From assembly GCA_964514965.1 (NCBI GenBank), contig CAZETV010000001.1:723063-755062 (forward strand): a DNA stretch of 32,000 nt, given 5' to 3'. Below the pieces are notes generated by a model. The model saw nothing but the letters and a program-made list of their open reading frames with translations, did no database searches and had not been told where the DNA came from. The first letter of the stretch is position 1. Every line of letters starts with the position of its first letter. Shown here piece by piece: positions 1 to 8,507 of this stretch. The stretch is from Candidatus Hadarchaeota archaeon (GTDB lineage: Archaea; Hadarchaeota; Hadarchaeia; Hadarchaeales; Hadarchaeaceae). The position numbers and the translations under genes are program-made.

Positions 1-647
1 AAACGGTTGATGTAATCGTCAGTTGAAACGCGGGGCAATTTAAGCTTCAACTTTTGAGTGAAAAATTTTGTGAGCCGACGAAGATTACGTGAAGCCTCAT
101 AGTTTCCTATGCCCAAACGGTCCGTAAGCGTGCGCGAAATTTCACCTTCTGTGCGCGGTAAACCCCTCATCCTGCATGCAATAAATGTAAGCGCAGCGAG
201 AACTTGGTGAGTTTCTCTGCCGCTAGTCAACCTCGCTGCCCTAGCCCGCCGATAAAAAATGCTTATCTCGGCTTTGATCCCTTTAGGCAACGATAAGTCC
301 TCACATAGCTTATCTAGCTCTATTAAAACCTCACGCAAACTTCGCTTTTCCCATGTGTTTGCGCGCGAGCGCTGCTGCCAGAGCCGCATCCGCCTCAGGC
401 TGGCGCGCCAGCTTGGGGGGAGGTCCTTCGGGACACTGAACTTGCTCCCCAATCCAAAATCATGCTGCGTTACATCTATGCCCGCCGTAACGTCCGCGCG
501 CTCCAATTCTTCCCCCGGCCTACTGCGCCATTCCGGCTTGAGTTCGAGCGAGTGTTCCATGAGCACGAGGCCACAGCGCGTACAGATGTGTTCCCCTCTA
601 AGCGTGTCGTGTAGTACCGCTGAACTGCTGCATGAAGGGCAGCGCAT
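1..647 (-). CDS. tfb: Transcription initiation factor B (TFB/TFIIB homolog), N-terminal ~215 codons; the C-terminus runs off the window start
   Basis: Absent from the ORF track because there is no in-window stop. The minus-strand ATG at 647-645 opens a stop-free frame down to position 3, checked codon by codon. It reads MRCPSCSSSAVLHDTLRGEHICTRCGLVLMEHSLELKPEWRS (CxxC...CxxC TFIIB zinc ribbon), then LRRMRLWQQRSR linker, then cyclin-fold text LPKGIKAEISIFYRRA..GRETHQVLAALTFIACRMRGLPRTEGEIS. Confidence 0.9.
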   Translation of the reverse strand, partial: MRCPSCSSSAVLHDTLRGEHICTRCGLVLMEHSLELKPEWRSRPGEELERADVTAGIDVTQHDFGLGSKFSVPKDLPPSWRASLRRMRLWQQRSRANTWEKRSLREVLIELDKLCEDLSLPKGIKAEISIFYRRARAARLTSGRETHQVLAALTFIACRMRGLPRTEGEISRTLTDRLGIGNYEASRNLRRLTKFFTQKLKLKLPRVSTDDYINR

Positions 648-666
648 TTAAAAACCTCAAATCGCA

Positions 667-1869
667 CTACTTCAGAGCAAGTATTTTCTCAATCGTTTCT
701 CGTCCAAAGATTCGGGAAATCTCCTCATCCTTCAACAAAGCTTCAAGCGGACCCTTAAGTTTGAACCCTGTGAACACATCGATGAAGGCCTGTTGGAGCT
801 TGGGCTTGTCCTCTAGCGCACCCAGCAGCGCATCCATCCGCTGGTCTTGTGAAACACTCAATGAAGAGTGTAGGAGTTGCCCGGCCCTCAGTTCGGCACC
901 AAACTCAGCTCGCCATTGCCGTTCATAATCGGCCAGCCCCTCTATCGAAACATCGCCCTCGGTAATCGCGTTGATTGCTACCTTGCCTGCAATCTCTCCG
1001 CAGCGCAACGCGTAACGAAGTCCTTGCCCCGATAACGCATAGATTTGGCCAGCCGCACTTCCAGCTGCGATTATCCCGCCTGCGCATGTCTGGTTCAATG
1101 GCCCCTCAAGGGGAAGCTGACCACGGAATGCAGCCACCGGCGCCGCTCGCTCGAGTCTAGGCATGCCACGTCGCCCTATGAACTCGTCTAAAGCGGCATC
1201 CGGATGGATACGCACTCCTTGAACCCCCGTCATCGCGAAGCGCTTGCCGAAGGGATAAACCCAAGCGTGCCCGAGTGGGGCGAAGTATGAAGTAAAAAAC
1301 AGATCCATACTTTGATCGTTTGTCACGTTCCCCATCAGATACTCGTTGCTTAGCGCGAGCAGCTCACGCTTCCAATCCCGCTTCAGCACCTTCCTGAGCA
1401 ACAAACTCGACCACTCGCCTCGGGCGCCCGTAGCGTCTATTATTATTTCGCTCTCGATTTGCTCGGCCCAATCTCCAGCTTCGACGTGCACCCCCCGTAC
1501 GGCATCCCCCTTCAACAAAAGTTCCTTGACAGGGGAACTCACCCATAACTCGGCGCCGCTCGCTACGGCCTCTGCGGCTAGGAGCTTGTCAAACAGGCGC
1601 CGATCAACGATGACGCCGAAGTCCCCCTTTGCCGAGAGCTCCTTGTGGGGCGAGTGAAGCCTTATTTCTTTCACGTTCGCGACAATCGATTTTTTCAGTG
1701 GGGGTATTATGAAATCGGCTGGCGCCCAAGTAGCGGATTGAGCCTGTCCACCTATCTGGGCTTGCAGCTCAAGCAGCAGCACTTTTCCCCCCTCAGCCGC
1801 CGCCACCCTCGCTGCGGCCAATCCAGCTGGACCACCCCCAGCCACAACTACATCATATCTTTCAACCAT
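667..1869 (-). CDS. Geranylgeranyl reductase family FAD-dependent oxidoreductase (archaeal lipid saturation)
   Basis: 400-aa ORF with an N-terminal dinucleotide-binding motif YDVVVAGGGPAGLAAARVAA..LLLE. Length and overall pattern fit the geranylgeranyl reductase family. Its stop lies 20 nt upstream of the tfb start on the same strand. Confidence 0.8.
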   Translation of the reverse strand: MVERYDVVVAGGGPAGLAAARVAAAEGGKVLLLELQAQIGGQAQSATWAPADFIIPPLKKSIVANVKEIRLHSPHKELSAKGDFGVIVDRRLFDKLLAAEAVASGAELWVSSPVKELLLKGDAVRGVHVEAGDWAEQIESEIIIDATGARGEWSSLLLRKVLKRDWKRELLALSNEYLMGNVTNDQSMDLFFTSYFAPLGHAWVYPFGKRFAMTGVQGVRIHPDAALDEFIGRRGMPRLERAAPVAAFRGQLPLEGPLNQTCAGGIIAAGSAAGQIYALSGQGLRYALRCGEIAGKVAINAITEGDVSIEGLADYERQWRAEFGAELRAGQLLHSSLSVSQDQRMDALLGALEDKPKLQQAFIDVFTGFKLKGPLEALLKDEEISRIFGRETIEKILALK

Positions 1870-1998
1870 TTGTCTCCCTCCATCCTTTAGTTATTAGTTA
1901 TTTATTAGATGGAAAATGTTTCACTAAAGACTGTTTGGATTTGCGTAGCGTATGCTCAAGAAAGACCTCGAAAAGAAACAGATTTTTGAGAAAGATGG

Positions 1999-2364
1999 TT
2001 AACTTTTTGCTCGTTCAGGCGGGATGGTAAAACAGACAACTCCTGACTTCGGCTCGTAGATGTGGCCAGCCTCCTTCTCCCCTGTTAAAATTTCGCCTAC
2101 CTCGTCGCGCGCGAGTCCAACCTTCCCCGCTATGTCAACAATTTCCTCGACCTCAATCATTCCACTAGGCTCCTTACTAGCCAGCGCCCGCATTGCGCGA
2201 AGTATGAAGTCAACTTTGACCTCTTGGCCCCGCAAAACTAGTGGTACTCCGCTCTTCTTCGCCGGAGGCGCCGCCGCTTCAGCAGTGACGTAGGTGCTTA
2301 TCTCAAGTTCCACGCTGAAGGGTTTGCCGCAGATGGGACAAGTTACCTCTATTCGCTGGCGCAT
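1999..2364 (-). CDS. Small hypothetical protein: N-terminal single CxxC knuckle plus C-terminal winged-helix-like segment
   Basis: 121-aa ORF with an ATG start. It has CPICGKPF near the N-terminus and a C-terminal MIEVEEIVDIAGKVGLARDEVGEILTGEKEAGHIYEPKSGVV resembling wHTH modules. It is divergent from the Mut7-C gene. Confidence 0.55.
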   Translation of the reverse strand: MRQRIEVTCPICGKPFSVELEISTYVTAEAAAPPAKKSGVPLVLRGQEVKVDFILRAMRALASKEPSGMIEVEEIVDIAGKVGLARDEVGEILTGEKEAGHIYEPKSGVVCFTIPPERAKS

Positions 2365-2438
2365 TTTTCCACTACCTTTTAATGTCTTCTTTCACTTTTT
2401 AAGGTTGAGACGTTACACCACGAATCGACAACTACTTT

Positions 2439-2957
2439 TTGGAGCTCGACAAAGGAGAGTGCGATTTAGTGAAATTCGTCGCGGACGGCATGCTTGGAAA
2501 GCTGGCGCGCTGGCTCAGGCTAGCTGGTTATGACGTTACTTACATAGGTAATCTTAGAGTGCCCGCAAACGAGCAGGACGATGTTTTGCTCGAGCGAGCC
2601 AAATTCCAGCGAAGGGTACTGCTGACGTGCGACTTGGTACTGCACCGTCGAGCCAAGAGGGCGGACATCCGCAGTATCTATATCGAGAGCAATGATGTCG
2701 TCAGACAACTCGTCGAGATTTCTAAACGCTGCGGGCAAAAAATCGAAATCAAGCCTGAGAACTCCAGATGTCCGATGTGCAACGGTTCACTCAAGCTTGC
2801 GAGCAAGGACGATGTCAAGAACTTGGTGCCAGCAACTGTGCTGAAAACGCAACGAGAGTTCTGGCGATGCGGGAAGTGCGGCAAGACATACTGGCATGGC
2901 ACACATTGGAAGACAATACTTGAAATGGCATCGCGGTACAATCGAATAGTGGGGTAA
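2439..2957 (+). CDS. Mut7-C RNase domain protein (PIN-like nuclease with C-terminal zinc ribbon, DUF82 type)
   Basis: Family-typical N-terminus (V)KFVADGMLGKLARWLRLAGYD, plus zinc ribbon CPMCNG...FWRCGKCGKTYWHGTHW. The track start is TTG at 2439; the in-frame GTG at 2469 (VKFVADGML) matches the usual family N-terminus better. Confidence 0.85.
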   Translation: MELDKGECDLVKFVADGMLGKLARWLRLAGYDVTYIGNLRVPANEQDDVLLERAKFQRRVLLTCDLVLHRRAKRADIRSIYIESNDVVRQLVEISKRCGQKIEIKPENSRCPMCNGSLKLASKDDVKNLVPATVLKTQREFWRCGKCGKTYWHGTHWKTILEMASRYNRIVG

Positions 2958-2962
2958 ATGCC

Positions 2963-3589
2963 ATGCTTACGCTTGAGGAAGGGAAGCTGCTGGTAAAGCT
3001 CGCTAGGCAAACTATCGAAACCTATCTGCGCGAGGGCAGGAAACCGCAAACCCCAAAAGTGCCTGCGAAATTGCGCGAAAATCAAGGTGTTTTCGTTACT
3101 CTAAACAAAAAAGGTGAACTTCGAGGGTGCATAGGCCACCCGCTCCCCCGGATGCCTCTTGTCGATGCCGTGATAGATTCCTCAATTAGTTCCGCTACCC
3201 GCGATCCCCGCTTCCTGTCGATAACACTTGGGGAGTTACCTGAAGTAGAAATTGAGGTGAGTGTACTGTCCAAGCCTGAAATAATCAAGGCCGAGAGACC
3301 ACGCGAATATCCGAAACACATCACGATTGGTAGGGATGGCCTAATCGTCGAGTGGTCCGGCTACGTCGGCCTGCTATTGCCCCAAGTGCCGGTAGAGTGG
3401 GGGTGGGATGTCGAGGAGTTCCTCTCACATACCTGTATGAAAGCAGGATTAATGCCCGACTACTGGCTTCGTGAGGGGGTGCGCATAAGCAAGTTCTCAG
3501 CACAAGTGTTTAAAGAGAAAAAACCCTGCGGCGAAATCGAAGAACTTGCATTCACTGGCGGGAAAATGAAGGAATTTTCGAACCCTTAA
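2963..3589 (+). CDS. AMMECR1 domain protein
   Basis: Carries the hallmark GVFVTLNKKGELRGCIGHPLP and DPRF motifs in a 208-aa ORF. It starts 5 nt after the Mut7-C stop, so it is probably co-transcribed. Confidence 0.9.
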   Translation: MLTLEEGKLLVKLARQTIETYLREGRKPQTPKVPAKLRENQGVFVTLNKKGELRGCIGHPLPRMPLVDAVIDSSISSATRDPRFLSITLGELPEVEIEVSVLSKPEIIKAERPREYPKHITIGRDGLIVEWSGYVGLLLPQVPVEWGWDVEEFLSHTCMKAGLMPDYWLREGVRISKFSAQVFKEKKPCGEIEELAFTGGKMKEFSNP

Positions 3590-3603
3590 AAACAAAACCA
3601 ACC

Positions 3604-3612
3604 TTTAAATAC
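3604..3612 (+). promoter_or_regulatory. Putative archaeal TATA box (cTTTAAATAc) for the 3.6-kb leucine-zipper ORF
   Basis: A TTTAAATA motif lies in the intergenic spacer after AMMECR1. The expected TSS, about 25 nt downstream, falls at the GGAG/GGTGA purine tract at 3634-3644. Confidence 0.35.
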
Positions 3613-3888
3613 CCGAGATTTCAAAAAATCAAAGGAGAAGGTGAGAAGACGGAACAAATCTCAAGAGATGAGCGTATTTCATCTATTGAAAACAAATTAA
3701 ACTCATTAATTCAAAGATTATCAGTTTTGGAGCGCAGATTGAGCATTTTGGAGCGTTCCCCTGGCACTTTAAAGACACCGCCCCCCCCACCGAAGCCAAC
3801 CTCTCCCCAACCGACCAAGATAAACAACAACTACCTCAACCGAGCTATAAGAACTGCTCGACGGGACTATGAACGAAAATATAGGTAG
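3610..3888 (+). CDS. Putative small leucine-zipper / proline-rich protein; initiation codon unresolved (open frame coordinates given)
   Basis: The frame is stop-free from 3610 to the TAG at 3886-3888 and has no ATG or GTG. The only TTGs (from 3727) lie inside the zipper. It encodes four perfect heptads ISSIENK/LNSLIQR/LSVLERR/LSILERS, then PGTLKTPPPPPKPTSPQPT and a basic tail RAIRTARRDYERKYR. A 10-nt direct repeat TTTTGGAGCG at 3725-3734 and 3746-3755 (21-nt period) mirrors the heptad. A candidate ACG start at 3649 sits 4 nt after GGTGA. Confidence 0.35.
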   Translation, partial: YPRFQKIKGEGEKTEQISRDERISSIENKLNSLIQRLSVLERRLSILERSPGTLKTPPPPPKPTSPQPTKINNNYLNRAIRTARRDYERKYR

Positions 3889-3909
3889 TCTAACATCATC
3901 GGTGAAGAG

Positions 3910-4470
3910 ATGCGCGGTGAATACTGGCATGCCGCATTTTGGTTGTTAATTGTTGGGAGTTGGATTTTCGGCGTTGCTTACGGACGATGGGACGGTGGCG
4001 GAGAATTCTTCGTTGATCTCAGCCAAGCCGTGCGCGTGCCCTCACCGCTCGAACTAGGTGCCTGGTGGCAGCCACTCGTTTTTTTCGCATTCACCGTCCT
4101 CGCAACCTTCGTACTCTCCCAGCTCTTCTTCGGCGTAGGGGCCGCTGTCTTCATTTTCTCGCGAGGGGTTTACGATAGCGCGCTCATCACCCAACTCGAG
4201 CAAATAGTGGGAGGTTGGTCCTTCCCAAATATCCCGACCAACGAGTTCTGGCTGGTCCTGTTTATCGTGCTCGTCTTGACTGTAAACCTGCCGCTCTGTC
4301 TGTGGGCCGCACATTTGGGTACTCGGCGGGCAATACACATGTTGTATCGTCTCCGTGGAAGACCTCTAAAGCCAGAAGTCAGTGCGGGCCCAGTGCCGAC
4401 CTTGTTGCTTATCCTTGCCGCATCGGTAGCTGCGGGTCTGGTTGGAGCGTTAGTTATCTCATATGCGTAA
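3910..4470 (+). CDS. Hypothetical integral membrane protein
   Basis: 186-aa ORF with several long hydrophobic segments (WLLIVGSWIFGVAY, LVFFAFTVLATFVLSQLFFGVGAAVFIF, WLVLFIVLVLTVNLPLCLWAA, LLLILAASVAAGLVGALVISY). GGTGA lies 4 nt upstream of the ATG. Confidence 0.6.
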   Translation: MRGEYWHAAFWLLIVGSWIFGVAYGRWDGGGEFFVDLSQAVRVPSPLELGAWWQPLVFFAFTVLATFVLSQLFFGVGAAVFIFSRGVYDSALITQLEQIVGGWSFPNIPTNEFWLVLFIVLVLTVNLPLCLWAAHLGTRRAIHMLYRLRGRPLKPEVSAGPVPTLLLILAASVAAGLVGALVISYA

Positions 4471-4523
4471 GCCTTTTAAAGGAGAAATTTTAAAAGAAAG
4501 GGAGATATGCAAAAGGTGAACAA

Positions 4524-5639
4524 ATGCGCACTACTGTAAGCATAATTAAAGCCGATATAGGTTCTGTAGCTGGACATCATACAGTCCACTCCAAACAAAT
4601 CGAAGCTGCCAACCAACACCTGGAAAAAGCCCGCAAAGATAACTTGATTACAGACTATTATGTTTTTCACTGCGGCGACGATTTGGAGCTATTGATGACT
4701 CACGGGAATGGAGAAAACAACCCAAAGATACACGAGTTTGCATGGAATACATTTAAAGAGATAAGTGAAACTGTCTCCAAGCCGCTGAAGCTTTACGCGG
4801 CTGGACAAGACCTGCTGGGTGAAGCATTCTCTGGTAACGTGAGGGGAATGGGCCCCGGTGTTGCTGAAATGGAGTTCGAAGAAAGGAAGAGTGACCCTAT
4901 AGTAGTTTTCGCTGCTGACAAGACAGAACCTGGAGCATGGAACCTTCCACTATTCAGAATATTCGCAGACCCCTTTAGCACAGCAGGCTTGGTAATCGAC
5001 CCATCCATACATGGTGGTTTTACATTTAAAGTAATGGACATCATGGAACACAAAACCGTGGACTTAGCATGCCCAGCGGAAATGTACGACTTGATTGCCC
5101 TTTTAGGTACTCCAGGACGTTATGTGGTCGAAAGAATATACCGCACATCGGACAAAATGCTGGCATCTGTGGCGAGCACTTCTAGGTTGAGCCTCATCGC
5201 AGGGCGGTACGTCGGAAAAGATGACCCAGTCTGCATTGTAAGAGGACAACACGGCTTGCCGTCTATAGGAGAAGTATTGGCGCCGTTCAGCATACCTCAC
5301 ATTGTAGCTGGCTGGATGAGGGGCAGTCATCACGGACCTTTGATGCCTGTTAGTCTGAAAAATGCAAAATGCACCTTTTTCGATGGACCTCCAAGGGTTG
5401 TTGCATTAGGTTTCCAAGTCTCAGATGGACACATAGTAGGAGTAAAAGGGAATGAACCAGCAGACCTCTTTGACGACCCAGCGTTCGATAAGGCTAGGGC
5501 TACGGCGAATGAACTGGCCGATTACCTAAGACGCCAAGGAGAATTTATGCCAGCTAGGCTTGGCCCAGATGAGATGGAATACACAACGTTACCAGGAGTA
5601 CTAGAACGCATAAAAGATCGTCTCAAACCAATCGGCTAA
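4524..5639 (+). CDS. fbp: Fructose-1,6-bisphosphate aldolase/phosphatase (class V FBPase)
   Basis: N-terminus MRTTVSIIKADIGSVAGHHTVH and the ~370-aa length are characteristic of the archaeal bifunctional FBP aldolase/phosphatase. GGTGA lies 6 nt upstream of the ATG. Confidence 0.95.
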   Translation: MRTTVSIIKADIGSVAGHHTVHSKQIEAANQHLEKARKDNLITDYYVFHCGDDLELLMTHGNGENNPKIHEFAWNTFKEISETVSKPLKLYAAGQDLLGEAFSGNVRGMGPGVAEMEFEERKSDPIVVFAADKTEPGAWNLPLFRIFADPFSTAGLVIDPSIHGGFTFKVMDIMEHKTVDLACPAEMYDLIALLGTPGRYVVERIYRTSDKMLASVASTSRLSLIAGRYVGKDDPVCIVRGQHGLPSIGEVLAPFSIPHIVAGWMRGSHHGPLMPVSLKNAKCTFFDGPPRVVALGFQVSDGHIVGVKGNEPADLFDDPAFDKARATANELADYLRRQGEFMPARLGPDEMEYTTLPGVLERIKDRLKPIG

Positions 5640-5654
5640 TTTTTTTTTCTTTTA
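5640..5654 (+). terminator. Oligo-T tract (T10 C T4) immediately after the fbp stop
   Basis: The sequence taa-tttttttttt-c-tttt follows the stop directly. Archaeal RNAP terminates at oligo-T stretches (established knowledge). No mapping data are available. Confidence 0.4.
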
Positions 5655-5697
5655 ACTAAAAATTGGCGCATGCAAGCCAGAATTTCTATTTAATTTT

Positions 5698-6363
5698 TTA
5701 AGATAAATATTTTTCAACAAGCTTTTCCCAATTTATTTTAAACATTGCGATGACGGCTAATATAAGCAAAATTGCCGTTATCGCAGCAATTATCATTCCC
5801 CCTTCCGCAAACACTGCTCCCGTCGCGGCCCCGACATAAGTGATAATCAAAGACATCAGGAACTTCCCCAACACACATGGGATAAAAACTTTCCATAGAT
5901 TGTAGCGCATCAGACCAAGCGGGATGAAGAGGAGATCATCTGGAAGAGGGGTCAGGGCAAAAATGAAAACTGCTGGTATTCCAAAACGATTGAAAATCTT
6001 TAACATAGCATTAAAACGGCGGTCGTGCTTTTTATCCACGACTCGTCTGCCAGCATAGCCTAGCCCATAGCCCACGAGTTCTCCCGCAGCAGCGCCCAAC
6101 CCGGCAACAATAGCAAGCATGATGTGGTTAAAACCGAATTGTGGTGCACTGATTGTTAACAAAATTACGGTGTATGGGACTGGGATTATAACAGACGCGG
6201 CACCTACGAAGCTGAGCAGAAAAACACCTAGATAGCCTAACTTGCCCAGATTATTGAGCATCACATAAAGATTCTCACGAAAAAAATATACTGCCACTAA
6301 TGCGATAACTAAGATGAAGAAGAGAGCAAGCAGTAAAGCCCTTCGCTGGGTAAATTTCCTCAT
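5698..6363 (-). CDS. DedA / VTT (SNARE-associated) family membrane protein
   Basis: Multi-TM ORF with GELVGYGLGYAGRR and PLPDDLLFIPLGLM motifs typical of DedA/TVP38. The track ORF extends to a TTG at 6441. I prefer the ATG at 6363 (MRKFTQRRALLLALFF...), which sits just before the first TM segment. Confidence 0.7.
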   Translation of the reverse strand: MRKFTQRRALLLALFFILVIALVAVYFFRENLYVMLNNLGKLGYLGVFLLSFVGAASVIIPVPYTVILLTISAPQFGFNHIMLAIVAGLGAAAGELVGYGLGYAGRRVVDKKHDRRFNAMLKIFNRFGIPAVFIFALTPLPDDLLFIPLGLMRYNLWKVFIPCVLGKFLMSLIITYVGAATGAVFAEGGMIIAAITAILLILAVIAMFKINWEKLVEKYLS

Positions 6364-6604
6364 TTGGATCACGTCATCAGTATCCGCAAACAAACATGCA
6401 GTTGATTTCCTCCCAACGACTACCTCACCGTTAATAACCAACCATGATGAAGAACTTTCTCATGCACCTGCTCAACCTTCCGTGCAGGAACATGCCTGTC
6501 ATTTGGTCACCTGATGTGGTTTTTACCCTCACTCGCAAATACCTAACTTGTGGGGAATAAATGCCCAGGACAAACTGCCTGATGTCTTCAATCACGGTGA
6601 TTAA

Positions 6605-7699
6605 ATGCGGATAGGTTTTTTCACCGATACCTTCCTGCCCCAGCAAAATGGTGTGGTTACCTCGATTCTGAGTTTCGGTCCTGAACTCATCAAAAGAGGA
6701 CATGAAGTTTTCGTCTTTTGCCCCAAATCAAACGTGAAGGAGCATCTTGGAATGGTAGTGCGTTCATACCCATCCGTAACTTTTAGACCATATCCTGAGT
6801 TCAAGATTGCAGTTCCCCAAGGCAGCGGCAGTCTCCCAAAACTCGATATCGTTCACACACACGGTCCATTCTCGCTTGGCGTTTTCGGGCTGAGAGTTGC
6901 GAAAAAACAGGGCATACCTCCAGTATCCACCTTTCACACAATGCTCTCTGAATACGTTCGATACCTCTCTAGATTTGGGCGTGCGGTCTTCAAGAGAATC
7001 ACCTGGGGGTACTGCAGATTTTACTATAATCAATGCCGCAAAATCATCGCCCCAAGCAATGCGTTGAAAAAGATTTTACTACAACACCAAATCAACAAAT
7101 CAATTGCCGTTGTGCCTACCAGCATCAACCTTGACTTTTTTAAACCGATTGAAAAGAAAAAAGCTAAGAAAAAACTTGGAATCGATGCTGAGCAAGTTTT
7201 CCTAACGCTTGGTAGGCTTGGGTTTGAGAAAAATATCGACCTCGTGCTTCAAGCGTTCAAAAATATTAACGCGAAATTAATCATCGCTGGCAGAGGCCCA
7301 GCTGAACAAAAACTCAAAAATATTAGTAAGAAGCTCGGTCTCCAAAAAAAGATTTCTTTTGAGGGATATGTGCCTGAAAAATTAAAACCGATTTATTATT
7401 CAGCGGCGGATGCGTTCATAATAGCATCAACGACCGAAACCCAAGCAGTAGTCGTGGCGGAGGCCATGGCCTGCGGTACTCCAGTAATCGGCGCAAATTC
7501 GCTCGCACTCCCTGAAATCGTGGTTGATGGAAAAAATGGTTTTCTTTTTGAGCCGGGGAAAGTCGAAAAACTCTCGGAAATTCTGCAATCTTATAGCTCC
7601 TCTAAGAGAATGCAAACTCATGCTTTAAAAACAGTGCAAAAGTTTTCAACGCAAAAATGTACTGATAGACTGGAAAAATTTTATAAAAGTCTTTTTTAA
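6605..7699 (+). CDS. Glycosyltransferase family 4 (GT-B fold)
   Basis: N-terminus MRIGFFTDTFLPQQNGV and C-terminal E..A.A(M)ACGTPVI(G)..........G.NG.LF pattern (AEAMACGTPVIGANSLALPEIVVDGKNGFLF). Confidence 0.85.
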   Translation: MRIGFFTDTFLPQQNGVVTSILSFGPELIKRGHEVFVFCPKSNVKEHLGMVVRSYPSVTFRPYPEFKIAVPQGSGSLPKLDIVHTHGPFSLGVFGLRVAKKQGIPPVSTFHTMLSEYVRYLSRFGRAVFKRITWGYCRFYYNQCRKIIAPSNALKKILLQHQINKSIAVVPTSINLDFFKPIEKKKAKKKLGIDAEQVFLTLGRLGFEKNIDLVLQAFKNINAKLIIAGRGPAEQKLKNISKKLGLQKKISFEGYVPEKLKPIYYSAADAFIIASTTETQAVVVAEAMACGTPVIGANSLALPEIVVDGKNGFLFEPGKVEKLSEILQSYSSSKRMQTHALKTVQKFSTQKCTDRLEKFYKSLF

Positions 7700-7751
7700 A
7701 CTTTGAGCTTATCACATTTATCGACGCTTTTCAAAATACAGGCCCTGGTTT

Positions 7752-8456
7752 CTATCTAAATGAACGATATACTCGCATCTCCTTACCGAGAAAATACCGA
7801 AGTGTTATGCTCGACCAATCTGATATAAGCTTGAATAACCCCAGCTGCTTTAGTCTTCTTCCTGAAGTACGCACAACAACATGCCTAAGAAACGCTATTT
7901 TTCCTTTCTTAGAAATTTTCTTGCACAGTTCCAAATCTTCCGATGCAGTCATATTTACATCAAACCCACCAACTTCGAGGAACGGCTTTCGCTTGTATGC
8001 CACACAAGTTCCTGCAATCCTAGGTCGCCCAACCAAGAAAGACGTCATTACGAGAAGATTAAAGAAATAGAATACAATCTCTTCAAATTGATTTATACCT
8101 TGAGGCACTATGAGTCCTCCAGCCCCAACAATATCAGGATCGTTGAAAGTTTTGAGAATTTCATCTATGAATTGCCGTGTTATTGTGGTATCGGCATCAA
8201 GAAAAACAAGAATGTCTCCCTCTGAAATTTTCGCGCCCGTGTTTCTCGCTAAGCCCACATTGCCGTCCGCCTTATGAACCTTTGCATATCTCCTTGCTAT
8301 TTCCACTGTGTTATCCCTAGAGCCTCCATCAGCAACGATGACCTCTGCTTCCGGGACAAACTTGCGCACGTTTTTTAGAGTTGAAGCAATAAGCTTCTCT
8401 TCATTCAAAGTTGGGACTATTACACTTATTTTCGGCTTCTTTGGAATTGGATACAT
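7752..8456 (-). CDS. Glycosyltransferase family 2
   Basis: Contains ISVIVPTLNEE, ADGGSRDNT and FLDADT (DXD) motifs in a 234-aa ORF. It lies downstream of the 8508-9659 GT4 gene on the same strand. Confidence 0.85.
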   Translation of the reverse strand: MYPIPKKPKISVIVPTLNEEKLIASTLKNVRKFVPEAEVIVADGGSRDNTVEIARRYAKVHKADGNVGLARNTGAKISEGDILVFLDADTTITRQFIDEILKTFNDPDIVGAGGLIVPQGINQFEEIVFYFFNLLVMTSFLVGRPRIAGTCVAYKRKPFLEVGGFDVNMTASEDLELCKKISKKGKIAFLRHVVVRTSGRRLKQLGLFKLISDWSSITLRYFLGKEMRVYRSFR

Positions 8457-8507
8457 GACGCAACAACCTCGTTCAGTTGTTAAATTAATCTATGGATATA
8501 GCTATTT

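Noticed and set aside
411-425. Suspected frameshift in tfb at the G6 run (415-420) between the zinc ribbon and the cyclin domain
   Set aside because: Careful 10-mer by 10-mer reverse-complementing showed I had miscounted the C run. The frame is continuous (…PKDLPPSWRASLRRMRLWQQ…) with no frameshift.
259-667. Track ORFs 259..651 (+) and 476..667 (-) at the window start
   Set aside because: Both are Ser/Arg/Cys-rich, low-complexity translations. They lie antisense or out of frame relative to the clear TFB reading frame (647 down to 1) and are shadow ORFs.
5675-5684. The 10-mer AAGCCAGAAT is shared between the fbp/DedA spacer and the stem of the dnaG-leader hairpin (20669-20678)
   Set aside because: A single 10-mer match is expected many times by chance in 32 kb on two strands, and the flanking sequence is unrelated.
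6444-6514. Possible box C/D sRNA (ATGATGA at 6444-6450, CTGA at 6511-6514, 71 nt apart) in the DedA/GT4 divergent spacer
   Set aside because: There are no recognisable internal D'/C' boxes and the terminal stem does not abut the boxes. The region may also be coding if the TTG start at 6441 of DedA is used.
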